Shown in pieces: positions 1-7,735 of a stretch of 11,891 nucleotides of DNA. The notes beneath the pieces were generated by a model that saw nothing but the letters and a program-made list of their open reading frames with translations, ran no database searches and was not told the origin of the DNA. The DNA comes from Methanomicrobiales archaeon (lineage in GTDB: Archaea > Halobacteriota > Methanomicrobia > Methanomicrobiales > Methanospirillaceae): assembly GCA_037137755.1 (NCBI GenBank), contig JBAXJR010000059.1, forward strand, positions 1-11,891, written 5' to 3'. Both the position numbers and the translations under genes were made by a program. How positions within the stretch are numbered: the stretch's first letter is position 1; every line of letters begins with the position of its first letter.

Positions 1-179
1 GAATCACTAAAAATAGCGATGGCTTTTTATGCGGAGATCCTAATTGGACAGGCTCTAAGGATAGATCGAAAGGGAAAAAAGGGAACATGAAAAATAGCGT
101 CGTGTAGCCAATCGAATAATCGAGTTAGGGTGAACAATTATTTTTTCTTAATAAAAATACCTCGACGAAGGTCACGAAA

Positions 180-527
180 ATGAACAGAAAACATTGGATT
201 ATTGGTATTTTATTATTTTCACTAATATCTGTTAGTGGATGTTTGAGCTCTCAACCGAAATATAACGTTAGCGATGTAATAACAAATATCGACGGTGGAC
301 CGTGTTATGGATATTTTATTGAAGCTAATCACTGGGACGGGGACTATTATATCCTTTATAATCTGACTCGTTGTGCAAAGATCAATAACTCGCAATGGGA
401 GTATGTAAAAGCGGGTGGCCGGAAAGTTTCATATGACATGGTTGAACTTAATCCGCAGATTGTAAAAATTGACCATATCGAACACGGTGTACTTAGTATC
501 CCTGGCCCTCGGCCGACCTGGCATTAA
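180..527 (+). CDS. Small lipoprotein (115 aa), paralogue of 9432..9776
   Basis: Basic N-terminus, hydrophobic stretch and lipobox-like VSG-C21. About 50% identical by manual alignment to the minus-strand ORF 9432..9776 (QPKYNVxDVITN, GGPCYG, TRC, SQW, KIDH, IPGP). Confidence 0.85.
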   Translation: MNRKHWIIGILLFSLISVSGCLSSQPKYNVSDVITNIDGGPCYGYFIEANHWDGDYYILYNLTRCAKINNSQWEYVKAGGRKVSYDMVELNPQIVKIDHIEHGVLSIPGPRPTWH

Positions 528-533
528 AATTGC

Positions 534-541
534 TTTTTTTT
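534..541 (+). terminator. Oligo-T archaeal-type terminator after the lipoprotein gene
   Basis: Run of 8 T starting 7 nt after the stop codon at 527. Confidence 0.45.
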
Positions 542-589
542 ATTTCGTGTCTTTGGGAATCAAACACATAGAATCCCCCGGGGGCCACC

Positions 590-883
590 GACTCCGCCAT
601 TATGATACTCTACAATTTGAGTGACGAAACGGAAGTCATGAAGATGAAGAGTATGGCCCCCAAACAGTGCCCGGCGTGTGCAACGTTCAACATTCACACA
701 AACGAGTTCTGCGCAGCCTGTTTAACCCCCCTGAGTGAGGACGCGGTGATGTCAATGGACCTGCTGAAAGACGATGTCATTGGCAACCCGAAGGCACTGG
801 CAGCCTTTGTTCAACAAATCGCAGCCAAACAGGTTGCAATGACAATGGAAGCGGAGTGGAAGAGAGCCACCCCACTACCATAA
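590..883 (+). pseudogene. C-terminal fragment of a tyrosine integrase/recombinase (Zn-ribbon tail); catalytic domain missing
   Basis: Reading in frame from 590 gives DSAIMILYNL...PKQCPACATFNIHTNEFCAACLTPL. This matches my recollection of the post-catalytic 'D.AIL.LYG.' helix and CxxC-x13-CxxC tail of methanogen tyrosine integrases. An in-frame TAG at 569-571 excludes a longer ORF. It could alternatively be a stand-alone 93-aa Zn-ribbon protein starting at 602. Confidence 0.6.
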
Positions 884-1150
884 ACCTGCCGATTTTAGAT
901 CGTTCATTCACTTTCACCCCGCGTGCTTTTGCCTTCTTTCTCCAAACGGGCTACCCAACTCTTTTATTTATCGTCTCGCTTAGAGTTACGTCTCCGGCAC
1001 GATCCGGAGTAAAAAGGAACGAAAGACTATGGAGAAAATAAACTGCTATTCACGTGATACCGTGGCCGCGTATGAGAAAGCGACCGGTTTTAACGGTATC
1101 GGGGATTTCTACCAGGAGCGTGGACTGATCATGATCCGCGAGGAGTCAGA

Positions 1151-1555
1151 ATGTTAGAAAACGAAACAGGTTGCCCCCCCAACAATCTCGACTTTCCACG
1201 GAAGGATGAAGAGGGAGCAAGTACTGAGCTTTACAATGTAAGGCAAAATAAGTATGCATCATCACGATTCGCATTACTATCGCCGACCACAGACGGCCAT
1301 CTTATCATAAAAGAGAATTCTGTTGTCTATTCACTCGATCGCGAAGCATTACGCGATCTGCTCTGTTTCGGTAATACCGTACTCCTTTCACAACAGGGAT
1401 TTTCCAAAAATGCACGTTGCGCAATTCATCCGGCCGGCCGGGGAGTTGTGATCACGTTACCAGGAGATACCTACCTGGTCCCACGGGACCGGTTTGAAAA
1501 CGTTGCCCGGGCCGAGAGCATGGGCTTCATTGTTTATCCCTGTGAGGTGTCCTGA
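1151..1555 (+). CDS. Hypothetical protein (134 aa), distant paralogue of 5400..5834
   Basis: GAGGAG RBS at 1140-1145 and TGATG overlap with the next ORF. Its segment AIHPAGRGVVITLPGDTYLVP resembles RLSASGRALNIVIGSIYYTVP in 5400..5834. Confidence 0.75.
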   Translation: MLENETGCPPNNLDFPRKDEEGASTELYNVRQNKYASSRFALLSPTTDGHLIIKENSVVYSLDREALRDLLCFGNTVLLSQQGFSKNARCAIHPAGRGVVITLPGDTYLVPRDRFENVARAESMGFIVYPCEVS

Positions 1556-1761
1556 TGTTTCGGGCCGCCACAAACCCCTTTTTAGAGGATGTAAAAATCT
1601 GTCCTGTAATGACAAACGGGCATGAAACGGTCCTTTGTCAGAGGTCTAATTGTTATGCCGCCTACCCGGTCCGTGGAATGGGCGAAACACTCTGGTATTG
1701 TTCCCTGATTGACGGTCCCAACAAATTCGGGAACCTGTCATCCGAAATAATTGTAGGGTGA
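1555..1761 (+). CDS. Small Cys-rich, probably Zn-binding protein (68 aa)
   Basis: GAGGTG RBS upstream and TGATG coupling. Four Cys in KICP...LCQRSNC...WYC. The stop lies 3 nt before the rep start. Confidence 0.75.
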   Translation: MFRAATNPFLEDVKICPVMTNGHETVLCQRSNCYAAYPVRGMGETLWYCSLIDGPNKFGNLSSEIIVG

Positions 1762-1764
1762 ACG

Positions 1765-4700
1765 ATGCAGCACGATACAAAGCGGGCCCTGGCCCTGCTC
1801 TTTTCACCGGGTAATGTTGTTGAACTCCGGGCAATTCTCGACAACGGGAATATGGCCTCGGGGTACTACGACGATATGGCACAGCTCGCGGCAGACGCGG
1901 AGAAAGTCGAAGGGGCCAACGCCCAGGGCATTTATGTGACCCTGAACGAACTCGACCCGGCCCTGCTTGCCCGGTCATCGAACCGGATCAAGATGAAACT
2001 CGGGAAGAAGGACCCGACAACCGGTGATGAAAATGTTACCCGGCGTCGATGGTTCCCGGTCGATATTGATGCGGTCCGGCCATCCGGAGTTTCATCAAGT
2101 GATGCGGAGCATACGGCAGCTCTTGACAAGGCCGCACGGATCGCCCAATATCTGAAAGATGAAGGGTGGCCAGAGCCGATTGTTGGCGATAGCGGGAATG
2201 GTGCCCACCTCTTGTATGCTATCGACCTGCCGAATGACACGGAGGGCACGGACCTCGTAAAGCGAGGACTTGAATCTCTCGCCCTATTGTTCGATGACAA
2301 AAAGAGCGAGGTGGACACAGCAAATCACAATGCGTCCCGTATCTGGAAACTATATGGGACAGTGAGCAGAAAGGGCGACAGTACCAAGACCCGGCCTCAT
2401 CGCCGTTCAATGCTGGTATCAGCGCCGGAGAACGTTGTCACGGTTTCGAAGGAACAGCTCAATCAACTTGCTGCAACTGCGAAACCGATTACCGAGAAAG
2501 CAGAGAAAAAGCCGGCAACAACCGGTCAGGCCATTGACCTCGGTCGCTGGCTCCGGGACCATTCGGTGGACATTGCCGATGAGAAGCCATACCAGGGCGG
2601 CGTGTTATTTACCCTGGGCGAATGTCCTTTTTCTGGTTCTCATAAAGATGGTGCGTTCGCTATCCAGTTCCCGAGCGGTGCAATTTACGCAGGCTGTCAT
2701 CACAGTTCCTGCGGAGGTGGCGACCAGCGCTGGCAGGAGTTGCGGGAGAAGTTTGACCCGAAGACGAAGCGGAAGAAGGGGGTGGCAAACAACCCTCCAC
2801 CACCAGGTGGGCCGGGGTCCCCTCCACCCGCACCAACATCAAATGACATTCCGAATTACGATGAAGCAATGGCCGTGCTGCAATACGGGGACCCGTTGAA
2901 AGCTATGCTTTCCACCTTCGCCCTTGACCATGTGGGAGATGCGGTTCCCGCCGAATGCCTGATTGTCAGCTTAGCGTCCCGGTATGTGGACAACACCAAC
3001 GGCCTCCATGTTTCAGTCAGCGGGGAGAGCGGGAAGGGCAAGAGCGACACGTTCAACAAGATCCTCCTGCAGGTCCCGGAACGGTACCGGCTGGAAGGGA
3101 GTATGTCGAACAAGGCCTTGTTTTACATTCCCGACCTGAAACCCGGGACCGCGATTGTATTCGATGACAAGTTGCTGTCAGAGGATATGCAGGAGATCCT
3201 GAAGGGGGCGATTTCGTCGTTCAAAAAGCCGATCAACTACCGGACGGTCAGCCCGGAACGGAAGTCGATGGTGTGCAGTATTCCCGAGCGCTGCATCTGG
3301 TGGATTGCGAAAGTCGAGGGGTCCGGCGATGACCAGGTGTTCAACCGGATGCTCACCTGCTGGATCGACGACAGTCCCGAGCAGGACGCAGCGGTCCTTG
3401 TGGAGATGGCAAAACGGGAAGGGGAAGTCCCAGAGACCCTCAATGTCACCCGGCCCGAGGTCCTCACCTGCCGGGCAATGTGGGAGATTATCGGGCGGGA
3501 ACGGTTGCACGTGGTGATACCGTATTCGACCCGGGTTGAGTTCCAGTCAAAGGGAAACCGCAGGAACCCGGAGATGTTCTACTCGCTCATCAAGGCCCAC
3601 GCCCTCCTCTTCTTCATGCAGAGGGAGCGGCGAACGCTCGAAACAGGCGGGTCGTATATTGTCGCTACGCTGGATGACTTCTACGCGGCTGCCATCCTTT
3701 TCGGGCAACTGAACGGGACAGTCGGAGGGCAGGAGTCCAAGCTGACCAGACGGGAGGCAGAGATGCTCCTGGTCATCTCAAAGCGAGGGGATGTGGAGTT
3801 TACCATCCAACAGCTCCAGTCAGAAACGAACCTGTCCTACCAGGCAATCCACCGGGCCCTCCAGGGCTACAACTGCAGGGGCCAGACGTACTCAGGACTC
3901 CTTGACAAGTGTCCAGCGATCAGCTTCACTGATAGGACCGTAGTGAGCGAAGATGACACCGGCCGGAGTGTGCGGCGGAGGTCCCATGCTTACCAGTTCA
4001 ATTTCGATGTATATCGTCTCTGGGCGGCAGGCGGGGCCGTGTGGCTGAGGCCGGACAATGACCAGGACAGGGACGACACTGACAACATTTCAGCAACTTT
4101 CAGCACGGTTTCAGCAGGTGCTGATACTGAAACAAATGAGGATACTGGGGATGAAAATCAAAATACTCCTTGTATAATAAATAAAAAATTTAGTACAGCT
4201 ATTACTTTCAGCAAACCGGAAAACGCACAGCACCCGGTACCGGCCCAGGATTCAAGCTCTGATCGCACGTGTGAAATGGAAAATGCTGAAAGAGTTGTGG
4301 ATAATCAGATTGTTCGCCCTCTGATTTTGAAAATACCGGTGAAAAATGCCGGTAACACTGACAGCAGCAAATTGGGACCTGCTGAATGTGCTGAAAAATT
4401 GGATAGCTCGCTGGAGGTTTCGTCCCGGGATTACAAACCGCTCGACTATGCAGAACACCGGGCCCATTGCGCAGCCTGTGGCCGGAGGGGTGTGGACTAT
4501 ATTGAGAAACTTACCCCGGAACGGAAGGCACGGAAGGACAAGGTGGCCCTTCGGATCTGCAAAAAGTGTTACCTGGCCTCGAAGAGACGGGAGCAGGCAG
4601 AGGCCCCACCCCTGCCCGGGACAATTATCCTTAACCGGATGGTGAGGACCACGAACGATATCGGCCGCTGCTCGGTATGTAATCTCGGAAAGGCGGTTTT

Positions 4701-4794
4701 CACCGACAAGGAAGCACAGACACATCTTTGCCAGCAATGTTACGACCGGGAAGCAAGGGCTTCCGGCTCAGCAGAGGGAGGTGCCGGCCAATGA
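1765..4794 (+). CDS. Multidomain replication protein: AEP-type primase(-polymerase), Zn-binding domain, P-loop/AAA+ ATPase (helicase-like), wHTH and C-terminal Zn fingers
   Basis: AEP motif I VDID (DID at 2062-2070), motif II SGNGAH (2191-2208) and motif III EVD followed by RIWKLYGT. CPFxxxH...CHHxxC Zn site and Pro-rich linker. Walker A GESGKGKS (3022-3045), Walker B IVFDD and candidate Arg finger FNRML. HTH-like FTIQQLQSETNLSYQAIHRAL. Terminal CAAC/CKKC and CSVC/CQQC. Confidence 0.88.
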   Translation: MQHDTKRALALLFSPGNVVELRAILDNGNMASGYYDDMAQLAADAEKVEGANAQGIYVTLNELDPALLARSSNRIKMKLGKKDPTTGDENVTRRRWFPVDIDAVRPSGVSSSDAEHTAALDKAARIAQYLKDEGWPEPIVGDSGNGAHLLYAIDLPNDTEGTDLVKRGLESLALLFDDKKSEVDTANHNASRIWKLYGTVSRKGDSTKTRPHRRSMLVSAPENVVTVSKEQLNQLAATAKPITEKAEKKPATTGQAIDLGRWLRDHSVDIADEKPYQGGVLFTLGECPFSGSHKDGAFAIQFPSGAIYAGCHHSSCGGGDQRWQELREKFDPKTKRKKGVANNPPPPGGPGSPPPAPTSNDIPNYDEAMAVLQYGDPLKAMLSTFALDHVGDAVPAECLIVSLASRYVDNTNGLHVSVSGESGKGKSDTFNKILLQVPERYRLEGSMSNKALFYIPDLKPGTAIVFDDKLLSEDMQEILKGAISSFKKPINYRTVSPERKSMVCSIPERCIWWIAKVEGSGDDQVFNRMLTCWIDDSPEQDAAVLVEMAKREGEVPETLNVTRPEVLTCRAMWEIIGRERLHVVIPYSTRVEFQSKGNRRNPEMFYSLIKAHALLFFMQRERRTLETGGSYIVATLDDFYAAAILFGQLNGTVGGQESKLTRREAEMLLVISKRGDVEFTIQQLQSETNLSYQAIHRALQGYNCRGQTYSGLLDKCPAISFTDRTVVSEDDTGRSVRRRSHAYQFNFDVYRLWAAGGAVWLRPDNDQDRDDTDNISATFSTVSAGADTETNEDTGDENQNTPCIINKKFSTAITFSKPENAQHPVPAQDSSSDRTCEMENAERVVDNQIVRPLILKIPVKNAGNTDSSKLGPAECAEKLDSSLEVSSRDYKPLDYAEHRAHCAACGRRGVDYIEKLTPERKARKDKVALRICKKCYLASKRREQAEAPPLPGTIILNRMVRTTNDIGRCSVCNLGKAVFTDKEAQTHLCQQCYDREARASGSAEGGAGQ
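4088..4396. repeat. Iteron-like TTTCAGCA repeats flanking an AT-rich patch; candidate replication origin inside rep
   Basis: TTTCAGCA at 4088, 4098, 4109 and 4206. Reverse complement TGCTGAAA at 4284 and 4389. One-mismatch inverted copies at 4119, 4125 and 4380. AT-rich tract at about 4151-4205. Confidence 0.7.
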
Positions 4795-4922
4795 CCGACC
4801 GGTACCACCGGGAGATTGACTGCGTGGCCTGTCGGGGGACCGGGCGGTTTCACCGGAAACGCAGACTTTCCGAACCATGCCTGGTATGCAGCGGAACGGG
4901 CAGGAAAGGGACGGTCCCATGA
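4791..4922 (+). CDS. 43-aa protein with two DnaJ-type CxxCxGxG zinc-finger motifs
   Basis: MTDRYHREIDCVACRGTG...CLVCSGTG. GGAGGTG RBS at 4777-4783 and ATGA overlap with the rep stop. Start moved from 4728 (ORF track) to 4791. Confidence 0.75.
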   Translation: MTDRYHREIDCVACRGTGRFHRKRRLSEPCLVCSGTGRKGTVP

Positions 4923-5155
4923 TCCCGGAAGATATCAAACTACACCTCCCGGTGTTTCTCGCGGGTAAAACATTCGCAGCCCGTGATGATATCCTATGGG
5001 GAATTATGGCCCTTGCGGGTATTCAAATCACAGCCCGGGAAGTGAACGGCAGGGTGTACAGCAAAGAAAAATTCTGGATTACCCGGCTCATGAACCATGA
5101 TGAGTTATGGGAAAATACCGGATCGGAATCATGCCCGAGGTGGAAGCGGAAATGA
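4919..5155 (+). CDS. Hypothetical protein (78 aa)
   Basis: ATGA overlaps at both ends (4919-4922 and 5152-5155). Start moved from 4877 to 4919 (MIPEDIK...). Confidence 0.7.
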   Translation: MIPEDIKLHLPVFLAGKTFAARDDILWGIMALAGIQITAREVNGRVYSKEKFWITRLMNHDELWENTGSESCPRWKRK

Positions 5156-5400
5156 CAACGGTTACCGTAACTATCAGTACGGCGATTAAGATCATAAAAG
5201 CCAGAAAAGCCGGTATTCCGAGGTGGAAGGTATGGAGGGAACGGAACCATGCCGCCCACCTCCTCCGAAAAAAGGCTTATAGAGCCCGGAATCATGAAAT
5301 TATCCTTCAAAAAGACCGGGAAAGGAAACAACAGCAAAAGAAGGCTAATCCGGCCTCAGCCAACGCACATAAACGGGCGATGTCAATGGGGGTCGCTTGA
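5152..5400 (+). CDS. Small, highly basic, probably helical protein (82 aa); possible nucleic-acid binder
   Basis: GAGGTG RBS at 5137-5142 and ATGA coupling. K/R-rich WRERNHAAHLLRKKAYRARNHE. Start moved from 5107 to 5152. Confidence 0.7.
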   Translation: MTTVTVTISTAIKIIKARKAGIPRWKVWRERNHAAHLLRKKAYRARNHEIILQKDRERKQQQKKANPASANAHKRAMSMGVA

Positions 5401-5834
5401 TGTATCCTTTGTTTTCGCGGTTAATTTCTGTTTTCAGGTCATTTTTCGGGTTATCAGACAATTCACCTGGTGAAGTTGCCATTGTTGTCCAGGAGCCTGC
5501 ACTTCCAAACTGGAAGACTGAAACGGTGCATGCCGAATCGTTTGTGAAAGTTGGTCGGATTGCAATGTGTGGCGACGGGCTGGAGATCCATTCTGACCTC
5601 GACAGCCGGGTATTTATCCTGCTGAACGAGGATATTGACGCGGTACTCGATGGGGATAAAAGGGACATCCGGTTCCTCGATGCCCGGGACTTGGCCGGGT
5701 CCGCCCGGTTATCTGCCTCGGGCAGGGCGTTGAATATCGTTATTGGGTCAATTTATTACACGGTCCCTTTACGATCGGTATTGGCAGTGCTGGATGGCAG
5801 AAACAGGAAAGGGGCGATATTTGTTGGGAAATGA
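5400..5834 (+). CDS. Hypothetical protein with an internal tandem duplication; paralogue of 1151..1555
   Basis: TGATG overlap at 5398-5402. Two roughly 35-aa units both end in AVLDG. Confidence 0.8.
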   Translation: MYPLFSRLISVFRSFFGLSDNSPGEVAIVVQEPALPNWKTETVHAESFVKVGRIAMCGDGLEIHSDLDSRVFILLNEDIDAVLDGDKRDIRFLDARDLAGSARLSASGRALNIVIGSIYYTVPLRSVLAVLDGRNRKGAIFVGK

Positions 5835-5843
5835 AAAATAATT

Positions 5844-6728
5844 CTATTGTTTGATGTACTGAGTAAAACGGCTGGGTCCTGATGATGTAACGCCTGTTTG
5901 CGGTATTCGAATAATATTATTGTTCGGTCTAGTAAACTGATTATTTAGTTTGGTTACCTGAACTTCACTAAAGGAAATATATGGCGGAGCAAGGAATGGG
6001 TCTCTATCTTCATAACCATATGGTGGCCATCCCCACCCACCCCCAAAGACTCCATTTATAGCAATAACTTCATTCATTTTATCCGGATAGATCCAGCCTC
6101 CCACCAATCCTATTGTTGGATTTTCGGCACAATATTCAGCTCTTGTAACATCAATAAAATAAGGTTCTACCTGGGATAAGATGTTAGAATTCACTTTAAA
6201 ATTCAATTCTATTACAAGATAATAGATATCACCAGCAGACAACGCTCTTAAATACAAAGGATAATCCGATACGTTATCCGTTATATCTATTTTTACTGGG
6301 GTACAAATGGGACAATCGTTACCGGGGTCGGTAGGGGTTAATTGCGATGATGGAACAAAGGAAGAAGATGCCGGTACATATTTAACTGCAGGAATTGTCT
6401 TTATCGTCGCCTGGGTCGGAAGGGGTTTTGTTATTTTGAATGAGGGTTTAGTCTGGGGTAATATCGAGTTTGAATATGAATTTGTGTTACCGGTAGTAAC
6501 CTTTGGGATTGAGGGAATTGTTAATCCGTTACTGGAGGACGAGTTTTTATAATTAGTTTCCCATATGCCGGTGTCACTGTGATAATACCGATATATATTC
6601 CCATCATCGGATATACTTATGAAATCTCCATTAGGAAGTATTGCAGACTCAGTCGCAGCCACCGGGGATACACAAAGCCCGATGAGTATGAGGCCAAGGA
6701 GTAGATACAGCAATCCTTTTTTACCCAT
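5844..6728 (-). CDS. Secreted protein: shared chassis plus diverged subtilisin-propeptide(I9)-like domain
   Basis: Signal peptide MGKKGLLYLLLGLILIGLCVSPVAA; start moved from 6794 by comparison with paralogues. Linker PTQATIKTIPAVKY and CPIC motif. The segment GDIYYLVIEL...VEPYFIDVT...VGGWIYPDKMNEVIAINGV aligns in pattern with the C-termini of 6769..7656 and 9837..10706. Confidence 0.75.
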   Translation of the reverse strand: MGKKGLLYLLLGLILIGLCVSPVAATESAILPNGDFISISDDGNIYRYYHSDTGIWETNYKNSSSSNGLTIPSIPKVTTGNTNSYSNSILPQTKPSFKITKPLPTQATIKTIPAVKYVPASSSFVPSSQLTPTDPGNDCPICTPVKIDITDNVSDYPLYLRALSAGDIYYLVIELNFKVNSNILSQVEPYFIDVTRAEYCAENPTIGLVGGWIYPDKMNEVIAINGVFGGGWGWPPYGYEDRDPFLAPPYISFSEVQVTKLNNQFTRPNNNIIRIPQTGVTSSGPSRFTQYIKQ

Positions 6729-6768
6729 TTGATCTTTATTAACCCGAATTCCCTTGGTTTTGCTCATA

Positions 6769-7656
6769 TCAACCACAAATCCCAGGATGAACAAGATTAA
6801 GGCTTAATACCTCGGGTAAGGAAACCACAGCATAAATATCATTTAAGGGCACTGTTGCAACCACAACATTGTAATCCGGATAATAACCCCGAACTTGATA
6901 CGCATATTGTTCCACTTGTATAGGATTTTCACCAGCTTTCAAATATACTTCAATAATTACCAATTCTCCACGATTTGGATCGTTAATCAAAACACCCTCG
7001 TTTATTAGAGCGCCGATTGGATTTAGGTCAGGATCCATTGTCCGGCGATAATTTGGGTCAAGTAATAGTAACAGGGTCGTGTCATGAATTTTCCCAAGAA
7101 TCGCTGCATCGTAATTCTGATAGAGGTACGACAGGGAAAAATCCGTCTCTTCTTTGCCCGTAGATGTTTGATCCGGTTTCAAAGTGAATGGGTAGGTATA
7201 TTTCTTTCCCGTATTGGATACTTTAATTGATGGAATTGTGGTTGCTCCTTTTGTAGGGGAGTACGTGAATGGGGTAATCGTTGGGCTAACTACGGGGGTT
7301 GCCGGTTCATATTTCACAGCAGGAATTGTTTTAATCGTCGCCTGGGTCGGAATGGGTTTTGTTGTTATGGGTGAGAGATTTGTCTTGGCTAATAACGAAT
7401 TTGAATTTGTATTTGTATTACCTGGAGTAACCTTTGGGATTGAGTGAATTGTCAATCCTTGACTCCATAATTGGGATTGATGAATAGTATCCCATATTCC
7501 GGTGTCATTGTGATAATAGTACGCATAATTGCCATCCTCTTCATACCAAGAATCCCCATTGGGAAGTGCTACAGCCCCAGACGCCGCAACCGGGGCTACA
7601 CAAAACCCAATGAGTATGAGGCCAAGGATTAGATACAGCGATACTTTTCGACCCAT
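6769..7656 (-). CDS. Secreted protein: shared chassis plus stand-alone subtilisin-propeptide(I9)-like domain
   Basis: Signal peptide ending PVAA and GGAGGA RBS. Pro/Thr linker. C-terminus KIHDTTLLLLLDP...GELVIIEVYL...VVVATVPLNDIYAVVSLPEVLSL resembles S8 prodomains. No catalytic domain follows. Confidence 0.8.
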   Translation of the reverse strand: MGRKVSLYLILGLILIGFCVAPVAASGAVALPNGDSWYEEDGNYAYYYHNDTGIWDTIHQSQLWSQGLTIHSIPKVTPGNTNTNSNSLLAKTNLSPITTKPIPTQATIKTIPAVKYEPATPVVSPTITPFTYSPTKGATTIPSIKVSNTGKKYTYPFTLKPDQTSTGKEETDFSLSYLYQNYDAAILGKIHDTTLLLLLDPNYRRTMDPDLNPIGALINEGVLINDPNRGELVIIEVYLKAGENPIQVEQYAYQVRGYYPDYNVVVATVPLNDIYAVVSLPEVLSLNLVHPGICG

Positions 7657-7703
7657 ATGATCTTCATCCTCCTTTTTCGCAACATGGCTGATAAATATAG
7701 TTG
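7586..7703. repeat. Copy 1 of a ~118-bp promoter + RBS + signal-peptide cassette
   Basis: Near-identical to 8439-8556 (offset 853). 7664-7698 is identical to 8517-8551 (35 bp) and contains minus-strand ATATTTATC and GGAGGA. Confidence 0.9.
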
Positions 7704-7735
7704 ATAGTACCAGCTCACATTATTTCATAGGAAAA

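Larger units (their letters stand above)
570..5834 (+). mobile_element. Integrated plasmid/provirus-like replication module (boundaries approximate)
   Basis: Integrase-like remnant, a primase-ATPase Rep gene, small Zn-finger and basic ORFs in one operon with overlapping stop/start codons, and visibly higher GC than the flanks. No att pair was found in the window. Confidence 0.7.

Noticed and set aside
1-90. Possible 3' end of an upstream gene (ESLKIAMAFYAEILIGQALRIDRKGKKGT*) and repeated AAAAATAGCG at about 9 and 90
   Set aside because: Too short and truncated by the window edge to support a call.
571-589. tRNA gene
   Set aside because: Only a 19-nt 3'-end-like string. There is no upstream TTC, anticodon arm or D arm, so it is kept only as a possible att scar.
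856-1041. 61-aa ORF
   Set aside because: GTG start overlapping the integrase remnant, no motif, and it spans a pyrimidine-rich, hairpin-containing region that looks intergenic.
1646-4737. Alternative-frame and antisense ORFs overlapping rep (1646..1978, 1662..1844, 1932..2318, 2219..2410, 2435..2899, 2660..2869, 2856..3113, 2955..3167, 3178..3510, 3237..3467, 3305..3517, 4252..4737, 4346..4645)
   Set aside because: Shadow ORFs of a GC-rich, motif-supported gene, with no recognisable motifs of their own.
5023-5668. ORFs 5023..5337(-), 5249..5473(+) and 5345..5668(-)
   Set aside because: They overlap the coupled plus-strand operon genes, which have better start signals.
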